This document shows positions 16,255-25,234 of a DNA stretch of 64,000 nucleotides, piece after piece. The stretch's first letter is position 1. Each line of letters begins with the position of its first letter. Both the position numbers and the translations under genes were made by a program. The notes under the pieces are model-generated. The model ran no database searches. It saw only the letters and a list, made by a program, of their open reading frames with translations, and was not told where the DNA came from. Origin of the DNA: a virus; the IMG/VR virus record IMGVR_UViG_3300035145_002886; one strand, written 5' to 3'.

Positions 16255-17763
16255 TTATATATCTCCGTCAAACTTTACCTTTTTAATGTCGTACTGAAAC
16301 TTCTGCTCTTTGTATATTTTACGCCTAGCCTTTGAGTGTCTCATTAAATAGTTGTCCCAGTCTGGTGAGCTAATGTCATCTACAAAGTCAATGATCGTTA
16401 CACTGTCCTTTGACTCATGTTGTCTTAATCCGCGACCAATTGATTGCCTAATAATCACTTCCGACTTAAACGATTCCGTAAAGAAGATATTGTGGATCTT
16501 TTTAATCGAAATACCGGTAGAGAAGGTACCATAGCTTGCGACAATAACGACTTCTTCTCCCTCTTCCATCTTCTTTTTATATTCTTCGCGAATGTCTTTA
16601 TCGGTTCCACCATCAACATAATAAACAGTCTTATCGCTTTCTTGTCTAAGCTTTTCATATATCTTTTGACCATGTTCAATCCTGTGGAAAAGTACAAGGG
16701 AATTGCCGCGTACTCTGGAAATAATGTTACAAACGAAGTTAAGACGACCTTCTGACTGAATAATATAATTTTGTTCAAATTTAAATACGTCTTTGCTTTC
16801 ATATTTATTGAATGCCATTTCCTTAAAAGCTTCTTTTGTCTTTTCAGGTGCATAGTCCATTTCAATAACTTTTACTCGACACTGTGCAATATGTCCCTCA
16901 TTTTGAAGGAAATTTGCACTTACCTCGGTAATCAATGGACCAGTGTAGGCCATAAGTGTTAAACGATCCAGGGTTCCAGACTTTGGAATAGTACCGGAAA
17001 GGCCATATCGATAGTCGGCATTTTTACACTTCGATAGAATCGTCTTAATTGACTGTGACTTCGCTTTGTGTGTTTCATCAATAATCACAGCATCAAATTG
17101 GTCAAAGTAATCTGCCTTCTTTTTGATTAAGGACTGGTATGTACCAATCACTACGTTTCTACCAGCTCTGATTTTTTGACCACTATAAATTTGCTGAATC
17201 TTTATGTTTACCTGGTTACGATAATTATAGTCCATAAAGTCCTCACTTGCCTGAATAACAAGTGAAACGTTTGGCACAATAAACAGGATCTTTTCAGCCT
17301 TTTGTTTCTCTAAAATATATGCAACTGTTAGGAATGAAATTAGCGTCTTACCTGCAGATGTCGCAAGTTCTGAGAGACACTTTCTAAATTTTAATATATT
17401 ATATGCAGCATCGATTTGATAATCACGAGGAGTTATCTCTGAGTCATCAAAAAAGTCTAATGCCCATTTTTCAAAAGACTCAGCGCTGATGTCCTTATCA
17501 AAAAAATCAGTAATTCCATTAATCTTTAGTTCATATCGATACTCTTTACAAATATCAACAACCTCTTTCCAAAGACCTGCTGGAATCCACTTATCGTCCT
17601 TAACATATGAAATGTAGCCGTCCCATACCCCTTTCTTGACAAGTGGATTGAATCTCCACGAGTCAATTCTCTTTGTGAGTGATATATTCAGCTGCTCGAG
17701 TTCTAATGAAGTAGCATCATCAATTCTAAGCAACTGCTTATTTTCAGTTAAACTGAGCTCCAT
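16255..17763 (-). CDS. uvsW: UvsW-like SF2 DNA helicase
   Basis: PRDYQ (Q motif), ATSAGKT, IVPNVSLV, IIDETH, GLSGT, SYGTFSTGISI, QSIGRGLR. Confidence 0.88.
   Translation of the reverse strand: MELSLTENKQLLRIDDATSLELEQLNISLTKRIDSWRFNPLVKKGVWDGYISYVKDDKWIPAGLWKEVVDICKEYRYELKINGITDFFDKDISAESFEKWALDFFDDSEITPRDYQIDAAYNILKFRKCLSELATSAGKTLISFLTVAYILEKQKAEKILFIVPNVSLVIQASEDFMDYNYRNQVNIKIQQIYSGQKIRAGRNVVIGTYQSLIKKKADYFDQFDAVIIDETHKAKSQSIKTILSKCKNADYRYGLSGTIPKSGTLDRLTLMAYTGPLITEVSANFLQNEGHIAQCRVKVIEMDYAPEKTKEAFKEMAFNKYESKDVFKFEQNYIIQSEGRLNFVCNIISRVRGNSLVLFHRIEHGQKIYEKLRQESDKTVYYVDGGTDKDIREEYKKKMEEGEEVVIVASYGTFSTGISIKKIHNIFFTESFKSEVIIRQSIGRGLRQHESKDSVTIIDFVDDISSPDWDNYLMRHSKARRKIYKEQKFQYDIKKVKFDGDI
16256..16263 (-). 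promoter_or_regulatory. GATATATA motif overlapping the uvsW stop codon
   Basis: GAT ATA TAA, immediately upstream of the leader-tagged array. Confidence 0.55.
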
Positions 17764-17788
17764 TCACGGCACAGTCTTTTTATTTTCC

Positions 17789-18217
17789 TTACAGATCTTT
17801 AATGGCTAATCTGTTTCGGATGGCAAAGCCCATATTATCTAGGGTTTTTACCGATTCCTTGAAAAATTCTAATTGATTTTCAAGATGAGAGAGTATGGCA
17901 TTTTCGTCAGCCAAATCCGATTCGATGAAACGCTCTTTTTGCTTTTCACCAAGTTTGTAGTCATACTCATAATAACGTAGATATGCTTCTCTATAACGAT
18001 CTGCTATCTTACGTTTTTGATCCTTGATCTTTACATTAATATATGCAATATGATCGATCATCTTTTGTCGGTTAGATAACACCATCGCAATAGTGTCTTC
18101 CATACCATTTATATATCTCAGTGACTTTGCCAGGTCCTGGATCTTTAAGGTCCATTCTTCCCGCTGTTCACTTAATTTCTTATCCAATGCTTGGATCTTT
18201 TCTCTATTTGACATCAA
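17789..18217 (-). CDS. uvsY: UvsY-like recombination mediator
   Basis: 142-aa helical protein adjacent to uvsW; C-terminal FIESD...LEFFKESVKTLDNMGFAIRN resembles the T4 UvsY pattern. Confidence 0.65.
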   Translation of the reverse strand: MMSNREKIQALDKKLSEQREEWTLKIQDLAKSLRYINGMEDTIAMVLSNRQKMIDHIAYINVKIKDQKRKIADRYREAYLRYYEYDYKLGEKQKERFIESDLADENAILSHLENQLEFFKESVKTLDNMGFAIRNRLAIKDL

Positions 18218-18225
18218 TATTATTG

Positions 18226-18447
18226 TTAAAACAGTCCCTTGTCCTTGTTATTCTTTCTTATAAACTTCGATACCCTTAATTTCTTCTTAAACTTTGGATC
18301 TTCAATATCAATCTTAGGGGCCTTGTGCTCGTAATCTGCGGAGCTAAAGCCAAGTATGGCTTTCATCCCTTTAAACCTGTCTCGGTCCCTGTAAAAATCA
18401 TCAAGATCCTTGTCTACCATCTCTGTAATTTCTTCTATACGTACCAT
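18226..18447 (-). CDS. Hypothetical protein
   Basis: 73-aa ORF filling the gap between primase and uvsY. Confidence 0.55.
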   Translation of the reverse strand: MVRIEEITEMVDKDLDDFYRDRDRFKGMKAILGFSSADYEHKAPKIDIEDPKFKKKLRVSKFIRKNNKDKGLF

Positions 18448-19511
18448 AGATCTAATTGACTTGAAGTGAAATAATCATCCAGTTTTTTAATTGCTGGGTT
18501 CTTTAATTCGAAACACTTGATAACTAAGTCGTTTAGATCCTTTATATCATATGTATCTAATTTATTTTCTTTCAAAAATTTAGACCACATAAACACAGAT
18601 CTGCCTTTCTTTAATTTTTCAGCCATCTTTTTCTTACCCGTTTTGTCATTATCAAACATATAACGAACGGTTGCCATTTGATCGAATTCTTCAGTGTTGC
18701 GTCCGGCAGTTGCAAGTGCAAGGCTATTAGTCATAAACTTAGAGTCGATTGGACCTTCAAAAATCGTAACTGGTCTTTGAAAGTTGATTTGCATAATTCC
18801 AAACAACGTCGATAATTTTGTTATCTTTTCAAGTTCTTCTTGGCTGGCTTCTAATTCCTTACCTAGCTCTTCATATAATTTTGGAAGGTCATACGTTAGG
18901 TATCTTTGTCCCTTTCCTTTCATTCTTCGACTTTGCGCCGACATAATCTTACCGTCTCCAGTAAAATTAAGAATCCAGAGGCGATTATCTCTTGGGCTAA
19001 ATAGGAACTCTTCGCTCTTTTTATGAAGTAGTCTCTTTTTTAGATAGAGCCAAATCCAGTCTCCAGGTTCTATTTCTCTCGCAGCAAATCCACGTTTAAA
19101 CTCTTCAACTGATATTGCTAAGTCACTTACACTTTGAAATACGGAATGTGTTAGGGTATCTGCCTGTGATGTTACTGACCTGTTGTGTTTGATATAGTCA
19201 ATAATAGTAAATGAATCCTCTGAACTCGGGAGTCTTACCTCGTTCTCACGAAGAAGAGTCTTAAGGTCAGTGTGATATCCGCAATTGTAACAATGGTATT
19301 GAAGGGTGTCCCAGTACATGTTACCCCGCTTCTTAGTATCATCATTATGCGAATCCCCACAGTATGGACATGCCATAGTAATTCTACCAGGCATGTCCTT
19401 TAGCATTTGCTTGTTGGGATTTGAATGCGCTGTTAGACATACGTCCTTCAGCGCCTTCATAATCTTTAATCTAAGCTCTTCAGTAAGCTGTGGATTAGAT
19501 GTCGAGGTCAT
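18435..19511 (-). CDS. DNA primase (T4 gp61-like)
   Basis: Zinc finger CPYCGDS...YHCYNCG; TOPRIM IFEGPIDS, FDNDKTG, KDLND. Confidence 0.9.
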   Translation of the reverse strand: MTSTSNPQLTEELRLKIMKALKDVCLTAHSNPNKQMLKDMPGRITMACPYCGDSHNDDTKKRGNMYWDTLQYHCYNCGYHTDLKTLLRENEVRLPSSEDSFTIIDYIKHNRSVTSQADTLTHSVFQSVSDLAISVEEFKRGFAAREIEPGDWIWLYLKKRLLHKKSEEFLFSPRDNRLWILNFTGDGKIMSAQSRRMKGKGQRYLTYDLPKLYEELGKELEASQEELEKITKLSTLFGIMQINFQRPVTIFEGPIDSKFMTNSLALATAGRNTEEFDQMATVRYMFDNDKTGKKKMAEKLKKGRSVFMWSKFLKENKLDTYDIKDLNDLVIKCFELKNPAIKKLDDYFTSSQLDLWYV

Positions 19512-20403
19512 CTAGGAAAGAGTCTAGATCGTCATCACTTGAAACTTCAGTTGTTGAAGATTCTGTACCCGCAGTTTCTGCAACTTTTTCTTTCTTAGGA
19601 GCAGCTTTCTTAGCCTCTTTTTTAGGGGCTGAAGAAGTTACTTCAGAAATTGCATCACCTGGATTTAGGTACATCTTCAATACACCATTTACAAAGTCTC
19701 TTGTTTCACCGTCCCATGCTTTATATTCATAAGATGAGAGTGAAGGTGCGTTTTCTAGCTCTTCTTTGATCGCTGCCATCGATTCTTGTGTGCGTTCTGC
19801 TGGAGAACCTGCAATATCGATTGCTGAACGAGATGAAGAGAACTTCGACTTATCATAGTTGTTGTATTCGCCTTGACGAGTAATGATTAACTCAAAGTTT
19901 TTACCTTCGAATAGGTCAAATACTTGAGTTGGTTCGCCAAAGTCTGGTTTTAGCTCTGTGTCAATCTTCTCTTTGATCTTGTAACCGAACTTGTAAATCA
20001 TGTAAGTTCCTTCCAAGTCTGGATTTTGTGGATCCTTGATAATTTTGATTAGAGAATAGTATTGTTGACGTCTCTTAAGTTTTTCTGACGCTTTACGATC
20101 AACTGCTGAATCAGAGTTGCGAAGCTTCCAGAATACGTCTGCGATTGGGCATTTTTCACCAATTGAACTTGGAGAATCTACCAATTTACCGTCACCGTTT
20201 GTATCAGTCAACCAGTGTACGTATTTTTGTACAAGAGAATTACGAGGATTCTCAGGATTTGGAACGAAACGGATTAGTGCTTTGTAAGTTCCGTCTTTTC
20301 CATCGTCAGCAGTTGGTTTATATACCTCACTAACTGAACTTGTTGAGGGCTGATGCGTTTCTACGTCTTCTACGCCCAAATTAAAAATGTCAAAATCTGC
20401 CAT
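19495..20403 (-). CDS. Single-stranded DNA-binding protein (T4 gp32-like)
   Basis: YKALIRFVP, LFEGKNFELII, YDKSKF and acidic tail SSDDDLDSFLDDLDI; next to primase. Confidence 0.85.
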   Translation of the reverse strand: MADFDIFNLGVEDVETHQPSTSSVSEVYKPTADDGKDGTYKALIRFVPNPENPRNSLVQKYVHWLTDTNGDGKLVDSPSSIGEKCPIADVFWKLRNSDSAVDRKASEKLKRRQQYYSLIKIIKDPQNPDLEGTYMIYKFGYKIKEKIDTELKPDFGEPTQVFDLFEGKNFELIITRQGEYNNYDKSKFSSSRSAIDIAGSPAERTQESMAAIKEELENAPSLSSYEYKAWDGETRDFVNGVLKMYLNPGDAISEVTSSAPKKEAKKAAPKKEKVAETAGTESSTTEVSSDDDLDSFLDDLDI

Positions 20404-20405
20404 GT

Positions 20406-20440
20406 CTTTAATTTACCTTTAATTTTTGTTAAACTTTAAT
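20406..20440 (-). repeat. Three ATTAAAG direct repeats in the SSB leader
   Basis: Plus-strand ctttaat at 20406-20412, 20417-20423 and 20434-20440. Confidence 0.6.
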
Positions 20441-20445
20441 AGTAC

Positions 20446-20472
20446 TTATATTACTTAAAATGACAATGTTTC
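20446..20472 (-). promoter_or_regulatory. Bipartite putative promoter GAAAC-N16-ATATAA upstream of SSB
   Basis: TGAAAC ATTGTCATTTTAAGTA ATATAA. Confidence 0.6.
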
Positions 20473-20595
20473 AAATTTGATCAAAACATCCTACTAATTC
20501 TATATTACCTACGCGGTCGACGTTACTCCTAATTGAGTCTACTTTGTGATTAGTAAGAATGAATTAAGACAAAATTTGTTATCCATCATCATAGT

Positions 20596-20622
20596 TTATA
20601 TATCTCAAGTAGCATAGGTTTC
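20596..20622 (-). promoter_or_regulatory. Bipartite putative promoter that also contains GATATATA
   Basis: TGAAAC CTATGCTACTTGAGAT ATATAA; GATATATA at 20597-20604. Confidence 0.6.
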
Positions 20623-20710
20623 AATGTTGCTTGAAAACTTTTTTATTTATTTTTGAAACAAAATAGAGATGCTTGCATAAAACCTTTAAGTTCTTGAAGG
20701 AGAGATAAGG

Positions 20711-21364
20711 TTACTTGGACGGCGGTAGGGAAATCATGGCTGCGAGGAAAAAAGCGTCCACCAAATCGTCAATAGGTTTAGGAATCTTTTTCCCAAAGTC
20801 CTGACTCTTGATCCAACCATAAAAAGGACTCTTCTCGAGATTTTCGTCCCCTATTCCATTATTAAAAAAGACTTCAAAGAGCTGAGACTTATTCATGTTT
20901 CCTTTTCCAGCAAACTTCTTTATTGTTGTTGGTGCGGCAGTTAAAAGGTCTTCGGGTTTCAAGGTCTTTAGGAGCTTTAACTTCAGAATAGCGGCACCAG
21001 CCGCCATATCAATCATATTATTAGTTCCCATCTTTGACCCATAACTGGTCCCTTCAAATGCAATTGTAAATCCATCACCATCAAAACATTCTTGTAAAAC
21101 TAAATTGATAATATCGTCAGCCATCCGATCATATCTTTTGATCTTTGCTAACTCGACGCTTGAGAATTCCTCCTCTTTACTAAAATCAGGCTGACTAACA
21201 AGAGTTACATCTTTTAAAAGACTCATCTCTTCTTGAAGTTTTTGATCCTTCTTTGTACCGGTACCTGGCTTCATATATGCAATGAAATGATACCTTTTAC
21301 TCTTATCGTTATAGAGACAAACTCCTGGAGAATTAAGGGAAAAGTCTACTGCTAAATAATTCAT
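20711..21364 (-). CDS. RuvC-like Holliday junction resolvase
   Basis: YLAVDFSLNSPG, IAFEG, PTTIKKFAGKGNMNK, DDLVDAF give the D-E-D-D acidic tetrad. Confidence 0.8.
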   Translation of the reverse strand: MNYLAVDFSLNSPGVCLYNDKSKRYHFIAYMKPGTGTKKDQKLQEEMSLLKDVTLVSQPDFSKEEEFSSVELAKIKRYDRMADDIINLVLQECFDGDGFTIAFEGTSYGSKMGTNNMIDMAAGAAILKLKLLKTLKPEDLLTAAPTTIKKFAGKGNMNKSQLFEVFFNNGIGDENLEKSPFYGWIKSQDFGKKIPKPIDDLVDAFFLAAMISLPPSK

Positions 21365-21745
21365 TTAGATTCTTTTACCAAGCGCAGATCCCAATGCGGC
21401 ACCTACTAATCTTGAAGTTAATAAATCATATAGAATTCCCTTTTGAATTCCAAGAACTTTAGCGATCATCTTACCGACTGTTTTACCAAGTGCAAATCCA
21501 GCTAAACCACCAAAAATAGAACCTAACATACCTTCGTTAGTTACCTCAAAATTAAATCTATTAATGTCTAGTTCTCCATTCTCGTTTGAGTATTCTATTA
21601 TAAATTCTTCTAGAGCTGCATCTACCTTAGCCTCTAACTCGTCGGTCCATTCTTCTTGTAGACCCTCTGTTAAGATTCTCAAATCTTCTTCTGTAACTTG
21701 CTGTTCAGTAAGGTATTCGTTGAATGTTTTAATTGTATTGCTCAT
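21365..21745 (-). CDS. Glycine-zipper protein with capsid-targeting-like leader
   Basis: MSNTIKTFNEYLTE; GSIFGGLAGFALG and VGAALGSALG hydrophobic GxxxG segments. Confidence 0.6.
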   Translation of the reverse strand: MSNTIKTFNEYLTEQQVTEEDLRILTEGLQEEWTDELEAKVDAALEEFIIEYSNENGELDINRFNFEVTNEGMLGSIFGGLAGFALGKTVGKMIAKVLGIQKGILYDLLTSRLVGAALGSALGKRI

Positions 21746-21752
21746 AATTTAC

Positions 21753-22304
21753 TTATTGTATTTCTAACTCTATATTTATCTTATTATAAAAGAAAGTTAC
21801 CTCGAATGTACTAAAATCCGCGACATTCTCACTCATATTAAGATTTAACTCATTAATTGAGTTCATAATCGGATTCTCAAACTTAAAATAGGCAACACTT
21901 GCTCCTTCTGCATCCAGGACTCTTAAAGTTAAGTCTTGTGTGTATGGCTCTTCAGTTGATCTCGCATAATAATACAAGAGAGTGTCTTGCATAATCCAAT
22001 AATTAATAAAGCCATCGAGAAGTTGCATCGTTACGGTAAACTGTCTTTCTACCGTATTTTGAATTGGAATAGCACCTCTATGGTATCTAATCGTTCCATC
22101 ATTATCTTGTTGAGTTACAGGATCGAAGCTCATTCCAGGTACATTTAGTCCTTGAATTGAATAATTTATAAAGTCAATCGGCTCTGCAAGAAGATTACCT
22201 GGAATTTTTTCCAAATATTTTTTATACTTATTTGCAACCTCTTCCGGAATAAACTTTCTTGGAAATCTAAAGTCGTATGTATTATTTCTACTATTTAATA
22301 TCAT
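21753..22304 (-). CDS. Tail tube-like protein (gp19/gp54 fold)
   Basis: GLNVPGMSF, FTVTMQLLDGFINYWIM, LTLRVLD, FEVTFFYN; 183 aa at the edge of the structural block. Confidence 0.55.
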   Translation of the reverse strand: MILNSRNNTYDFRFPRKFIPEEVANKYKKYLEKIPGNLLAEPIDFINYSIQGLNVPGMSFDPVTQQDNDGTIRYHRGAIPIQNTVERQFTVTMQLLDGFINYWIMQDTLLYYYARSTEEPYTQDLTLRVLDAEGASVAYFKFENPIMNSINELNLNMSENVADFSTFEVTFFYNKINIELEIQ

Positions 22305-24388
22305 TACTCAACTGTAAAGTTACCTTTAATAACCGCAGTTTCTTCGCTACCATTATCAAGTCCAATATAGAATTTTCTTGCTGTCATTCCTCTAACTTCA
22401 GCAGCATTTCCCTCATCTACTCTAAATAGAATTTCTCCAGCACTCATATCAATATCTTTATTTGGAATATGATAGAACTTTTTACGAACACTACCGTCAA
22501 CGAAATTAAGTGTCATATTTTTAACCGAAGTAAAGTCAAGCATTTCAAAGTCGTCTCCTTTCTTTTTAGCGATTTTAAACTTAAAGTATGTTGTCATTGG
22601 ATAGATTCCAATTTCTAACTCGTCTGAAGTTAAAAAGTTAGGACTATCAAAATATCTATCATCTACTGCATTTAGATCACCAAGATCGGTCATTGACCCT
22701 TCTGCAGGATTAGCGACTGCAACAACATTATATCTTTCAATAAATGTTTTAACATTCTTAGTCGTTCTTGGAATAGTTGCTGCAATTGCGTCTCTAATGC
22801 TTCTGTTTCCAGACAAGTTTGGTAAAGTATTAAATACTTCAGTAATCGTATTGCTACCTGAAATATTTACACCTCCTAAGAATTTTCCATATTTTGGAGC
22901 CTGGTTTACGGTCAAACTTGCTTTTTTAACGATTTGAGTATTATCAGTCTCATTGTAAATCCTCATCGTTACGTCAATTGAAAAATTAACTGCAACGTTT
23001 GCGTTTTGAATCACCGGTCGGTATAGGATTGGTGTGTCAAAATCTTCTGCCTGCGTAAAGGTTGTATCAAATGTTTTGATTTGATTTAAACCAACTTGTT
23101 CATATGTTTCAACTTCATATAGTACAACAATGTCGTCAGAACTCGTGTTGATTCTATTTAAGATGTATGCCTCAAATGCACTTGCACTACCATCTCTCTC
23201 CCCGTAAATCTTGAAGTAATCTCCATCCTCTGCGTCTTCAACAACGACGGTAAAGTCTTGGAATTCATCTTCTCTTGCGATTGTAAACGCGTTTTCTTCA
23301 CCTAAGTGAATATAATCAAATCCCGATTCGGTTGAAATTCTATCAATCAGCGTAAACCTAATTCCATAATTAGATGTTGGGTCAAGATTAGAACTTCCTC
23401 CAGTACCATCTCCATAAAAGAAGTCATTAAATTCAGGGTTCTGGTTACCAATAACCGTTGGAACTTTAATTTCAATAAATTTAGCGAAAAGAGTTTCACC
23501 TAAAACAAATGGCTTTGGATTTGAAATCTCATAGTTACTTTGATTTAAGTAGACTAATTGCGTTAAATTATTTTGAATTCCACCAGTTCTATCAGCTAGC
23601 ACTTGGAATAAGAATCCTTCATATCCTCTAGCAGCAAAATTATAACCACTTCTTAAGTGTAATCTAATTTTATCGTAACGAATAAAGTTAATCGCAGTAT
23701 ATGCTGCGGATTGAGAAGCTATCAAGTCAGCCTCATTTCCACCTGTCCAGCCGCTGCTATTGTTTATATAATTAAATTTGTCGTATGCTCCAGTAGAATC
23801 ATATCCAAGAAGAGCCCACTTTGTAGCATCTTCTGGAGTTTTTACCGCATGGAATCTACCTCTCAGCTGGTTAATATCATTTCCAGTGTCTTCATCTGGT
23901 GTAGCAAACAACGGATTTGCCTTTTCAGAAACGTTTATAACACCGCCCTTTAATAAAACAGCGGTATCGTTATATTCATATGCAACTGTACCGATTCCAC
24001 TAGGAACAAACGTACAAACTTGAGTTGTTGGAGAATACGTACATATTCCAAGATTTCCAGTAATAACAAATTTTGTTGGATCTGGAAGTGCGCTTAAATC
24101 AAACTTATATGATTTCCCAACTTGTAAAAGTAACTTTCTAGCCGCAAAACCTTCAATTGCTAGATACCCAGCGCTATAGGTAACATCAAAGTTAACCACA
24201 TCACCTCCAAGCTCATGAATTAAATGTCTCTTTGCAGAAGAATCTCCATCGACAGTATCGAGAACCTTAATCTCGCTACCGTTATCGTCAACTTCAATAT
24301 CGTAAGCTGTTGGATTTGATTGATCGTGATAGATGAATTCTAAAAGTACATCTTCATCGATTCTAAAGTATGTTGATGATTGCGCCAT
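22304..24388 (-). CDS. Putative virion structural protein
   Basis: 694-aa beta-rich ORF within the tail module; no family recognised. Confidence 0.5.
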   Translation of the reverse strand: MAQSSTYFRIDEDVLLEFIYHDQSNPTAYDIEVDDNGSEIKVLDTVDGDSSAKRHLIHELGGDVVNFDVTYSAGYLAIEGFAARKLLLQVGKSYKFDLSALPDPTKFVITGNLGICTYSPTTQVCTFVPSGIGTVAYEYNDTAVLLKGGVINVSEKANPLFATPDEDTGNDINQLRGRFHAVKTPEDATKWALLGYDSTGAYDKFNYINNSSGWTGGNEADLIASQSAAYTAINFIRYDKIRLHLRSGYNFAARGYEGFLFQVLADRTGGIQNNLTQLVYLNQSNYEISNPKPFVLGETLFAKFIEIKVPTVIGNQNPEFNDFFYGDGTGGSSNLDPTSNYGIRFTLIDRISTESGFDYIHLGEENAFTIAREDEFQDFTVVVEDAEDGDYFKIYGERDGSASAFEAYILNRINTSSDDIVVLYEVETYEQVGLNQIKTFDTTFTQAEDFDTPILYRPVIQNANVAVNFSIDVTMRIYNETDNTQIVKKASLTVNQAPKYGKFLGGVNISGSNTITEVFNTLPNLSGNRSIRDAIAATIPRTTKNVKTFIERYNVVAVANPAEGSMTDLGDLNAVDDRYFDSPNFLTSDELEIGIYPMTTYFKFKIAKKKGDDFEMLDFTSVKNMTLNFVDGSVRKKFYHIPNKDIDMSAGEILFRVDEGNAAEVRGMTARKFYIGLDNGSEETAVIKGNFTVE

Positions 24389-24389
24389 A

Positions 24390-25223
24390 TTAAAATCTTA
24401 ACCATTTTGGAGACCAATATAGACCAACGTTAATTGATGGCCCAAAGACAACATTTGCACTAGAAGGAACATAGTTTATACCATATCCAATTCCCATTCC
24501 AATATTGAATCCTCCTGTCTTATCTATCCCATTTTTTTTATTTAACCTGTCATTAATCAAGTTAATATTCTCAATACCAGTAATAGTCATTCCTGGATAA
24601 GAACTTGAAATTTTAAGTACGTCTCTTCCCTCGCTTTCAGCGATTGCTGCTCTTAATGAAAGAGTTTGAGCAATCGATAAATTTACTGGAGAACTATAAA
24701 ATCCTTTCGATACAGTGTCGTAAGTTACTGTTAGGTCTCCAATAACACTACGAGTATTTCCAGAACCAAAGTCGTCCTTTTTCGTAAAGTCAATTTTACT
24801 AGTTAAATCATTAATTGATGTAACTGAGGTAAGAGCCAATAAGCTGTCCTTAACCTTTATTTCTGCGGAAAGAAGTGAATTAACACCGATTAAATCTCTA
24901 TTTAGTCCAAGTACTCGAACGTATTTATTATTAATGTCAATATTTGCCTTCTCTAAGTCACTCAATTGAAATTCAAAGCTTGAGATTTTAGCAACTTTAT
25001 CACCAAGTTCGTTTTCAAAGTATTCGATAGAATCTTTTGCTGCAAGGTAATTATTGAAATTGGTTGCTGAAACCTCTTTTTGAAATTGTAAGTCCTCTTT
25101 TAGATTCGAAATAGTATTACACTGTCTCATCATAAAAAGCATAAGAATTGCCCCTCCGATAAAAGCAAGTGTCTTTGTATCAAGATTCTTTAGAAAGCTG
25201 TATATTTTAAGTAAATAGTTCAT
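24390..25223 (-). CDS. Membrane-anchored coiled-coil protein (possible spanin-like)
   Basis: N-terminal TM segment (LAFIGGAILMLFMM), coiled coil, C-terminal amphipathic strands (FNIGMGIGYG...SINVGLYWSPKWLRF). Confidence 0.45.
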   Translation of the reverse strand: MNYLLKIYSFLKNLDTKTLAFIGGAILMLFMMRQCNTISNLKEDLQFQKEVSATNFNNYLAAKDSIEYFENELGDKVAKISSFEFQLSDLEKANIDINNKYVRVLGLNRDLIGVNSLLSAEIKVKDSLLALTSVTSINDLTSKIDFTKKDDFGSGNTRSVIGDLTVTYDTVSKGFYSSPVNLSIAQTLSLRAAIAESEGRDVLKISSSYPGMTITGIENINLINDRLNKKNGIDKTGGFNIGMGIGYGINYVPSSANVVFGPSINVGLYWSPKWLRF

Positions 25224-25234
25224 ATATTAATATT

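Noticed and set aside
20655-20681. Plus-strand GAAAC-N16 site as a divergent or antisense promoter
   Set aside because: The downstream hexamer is CATAAA, a poor match to ATATAA, and there is no plus-strand gene; kept only as a weak possibility.
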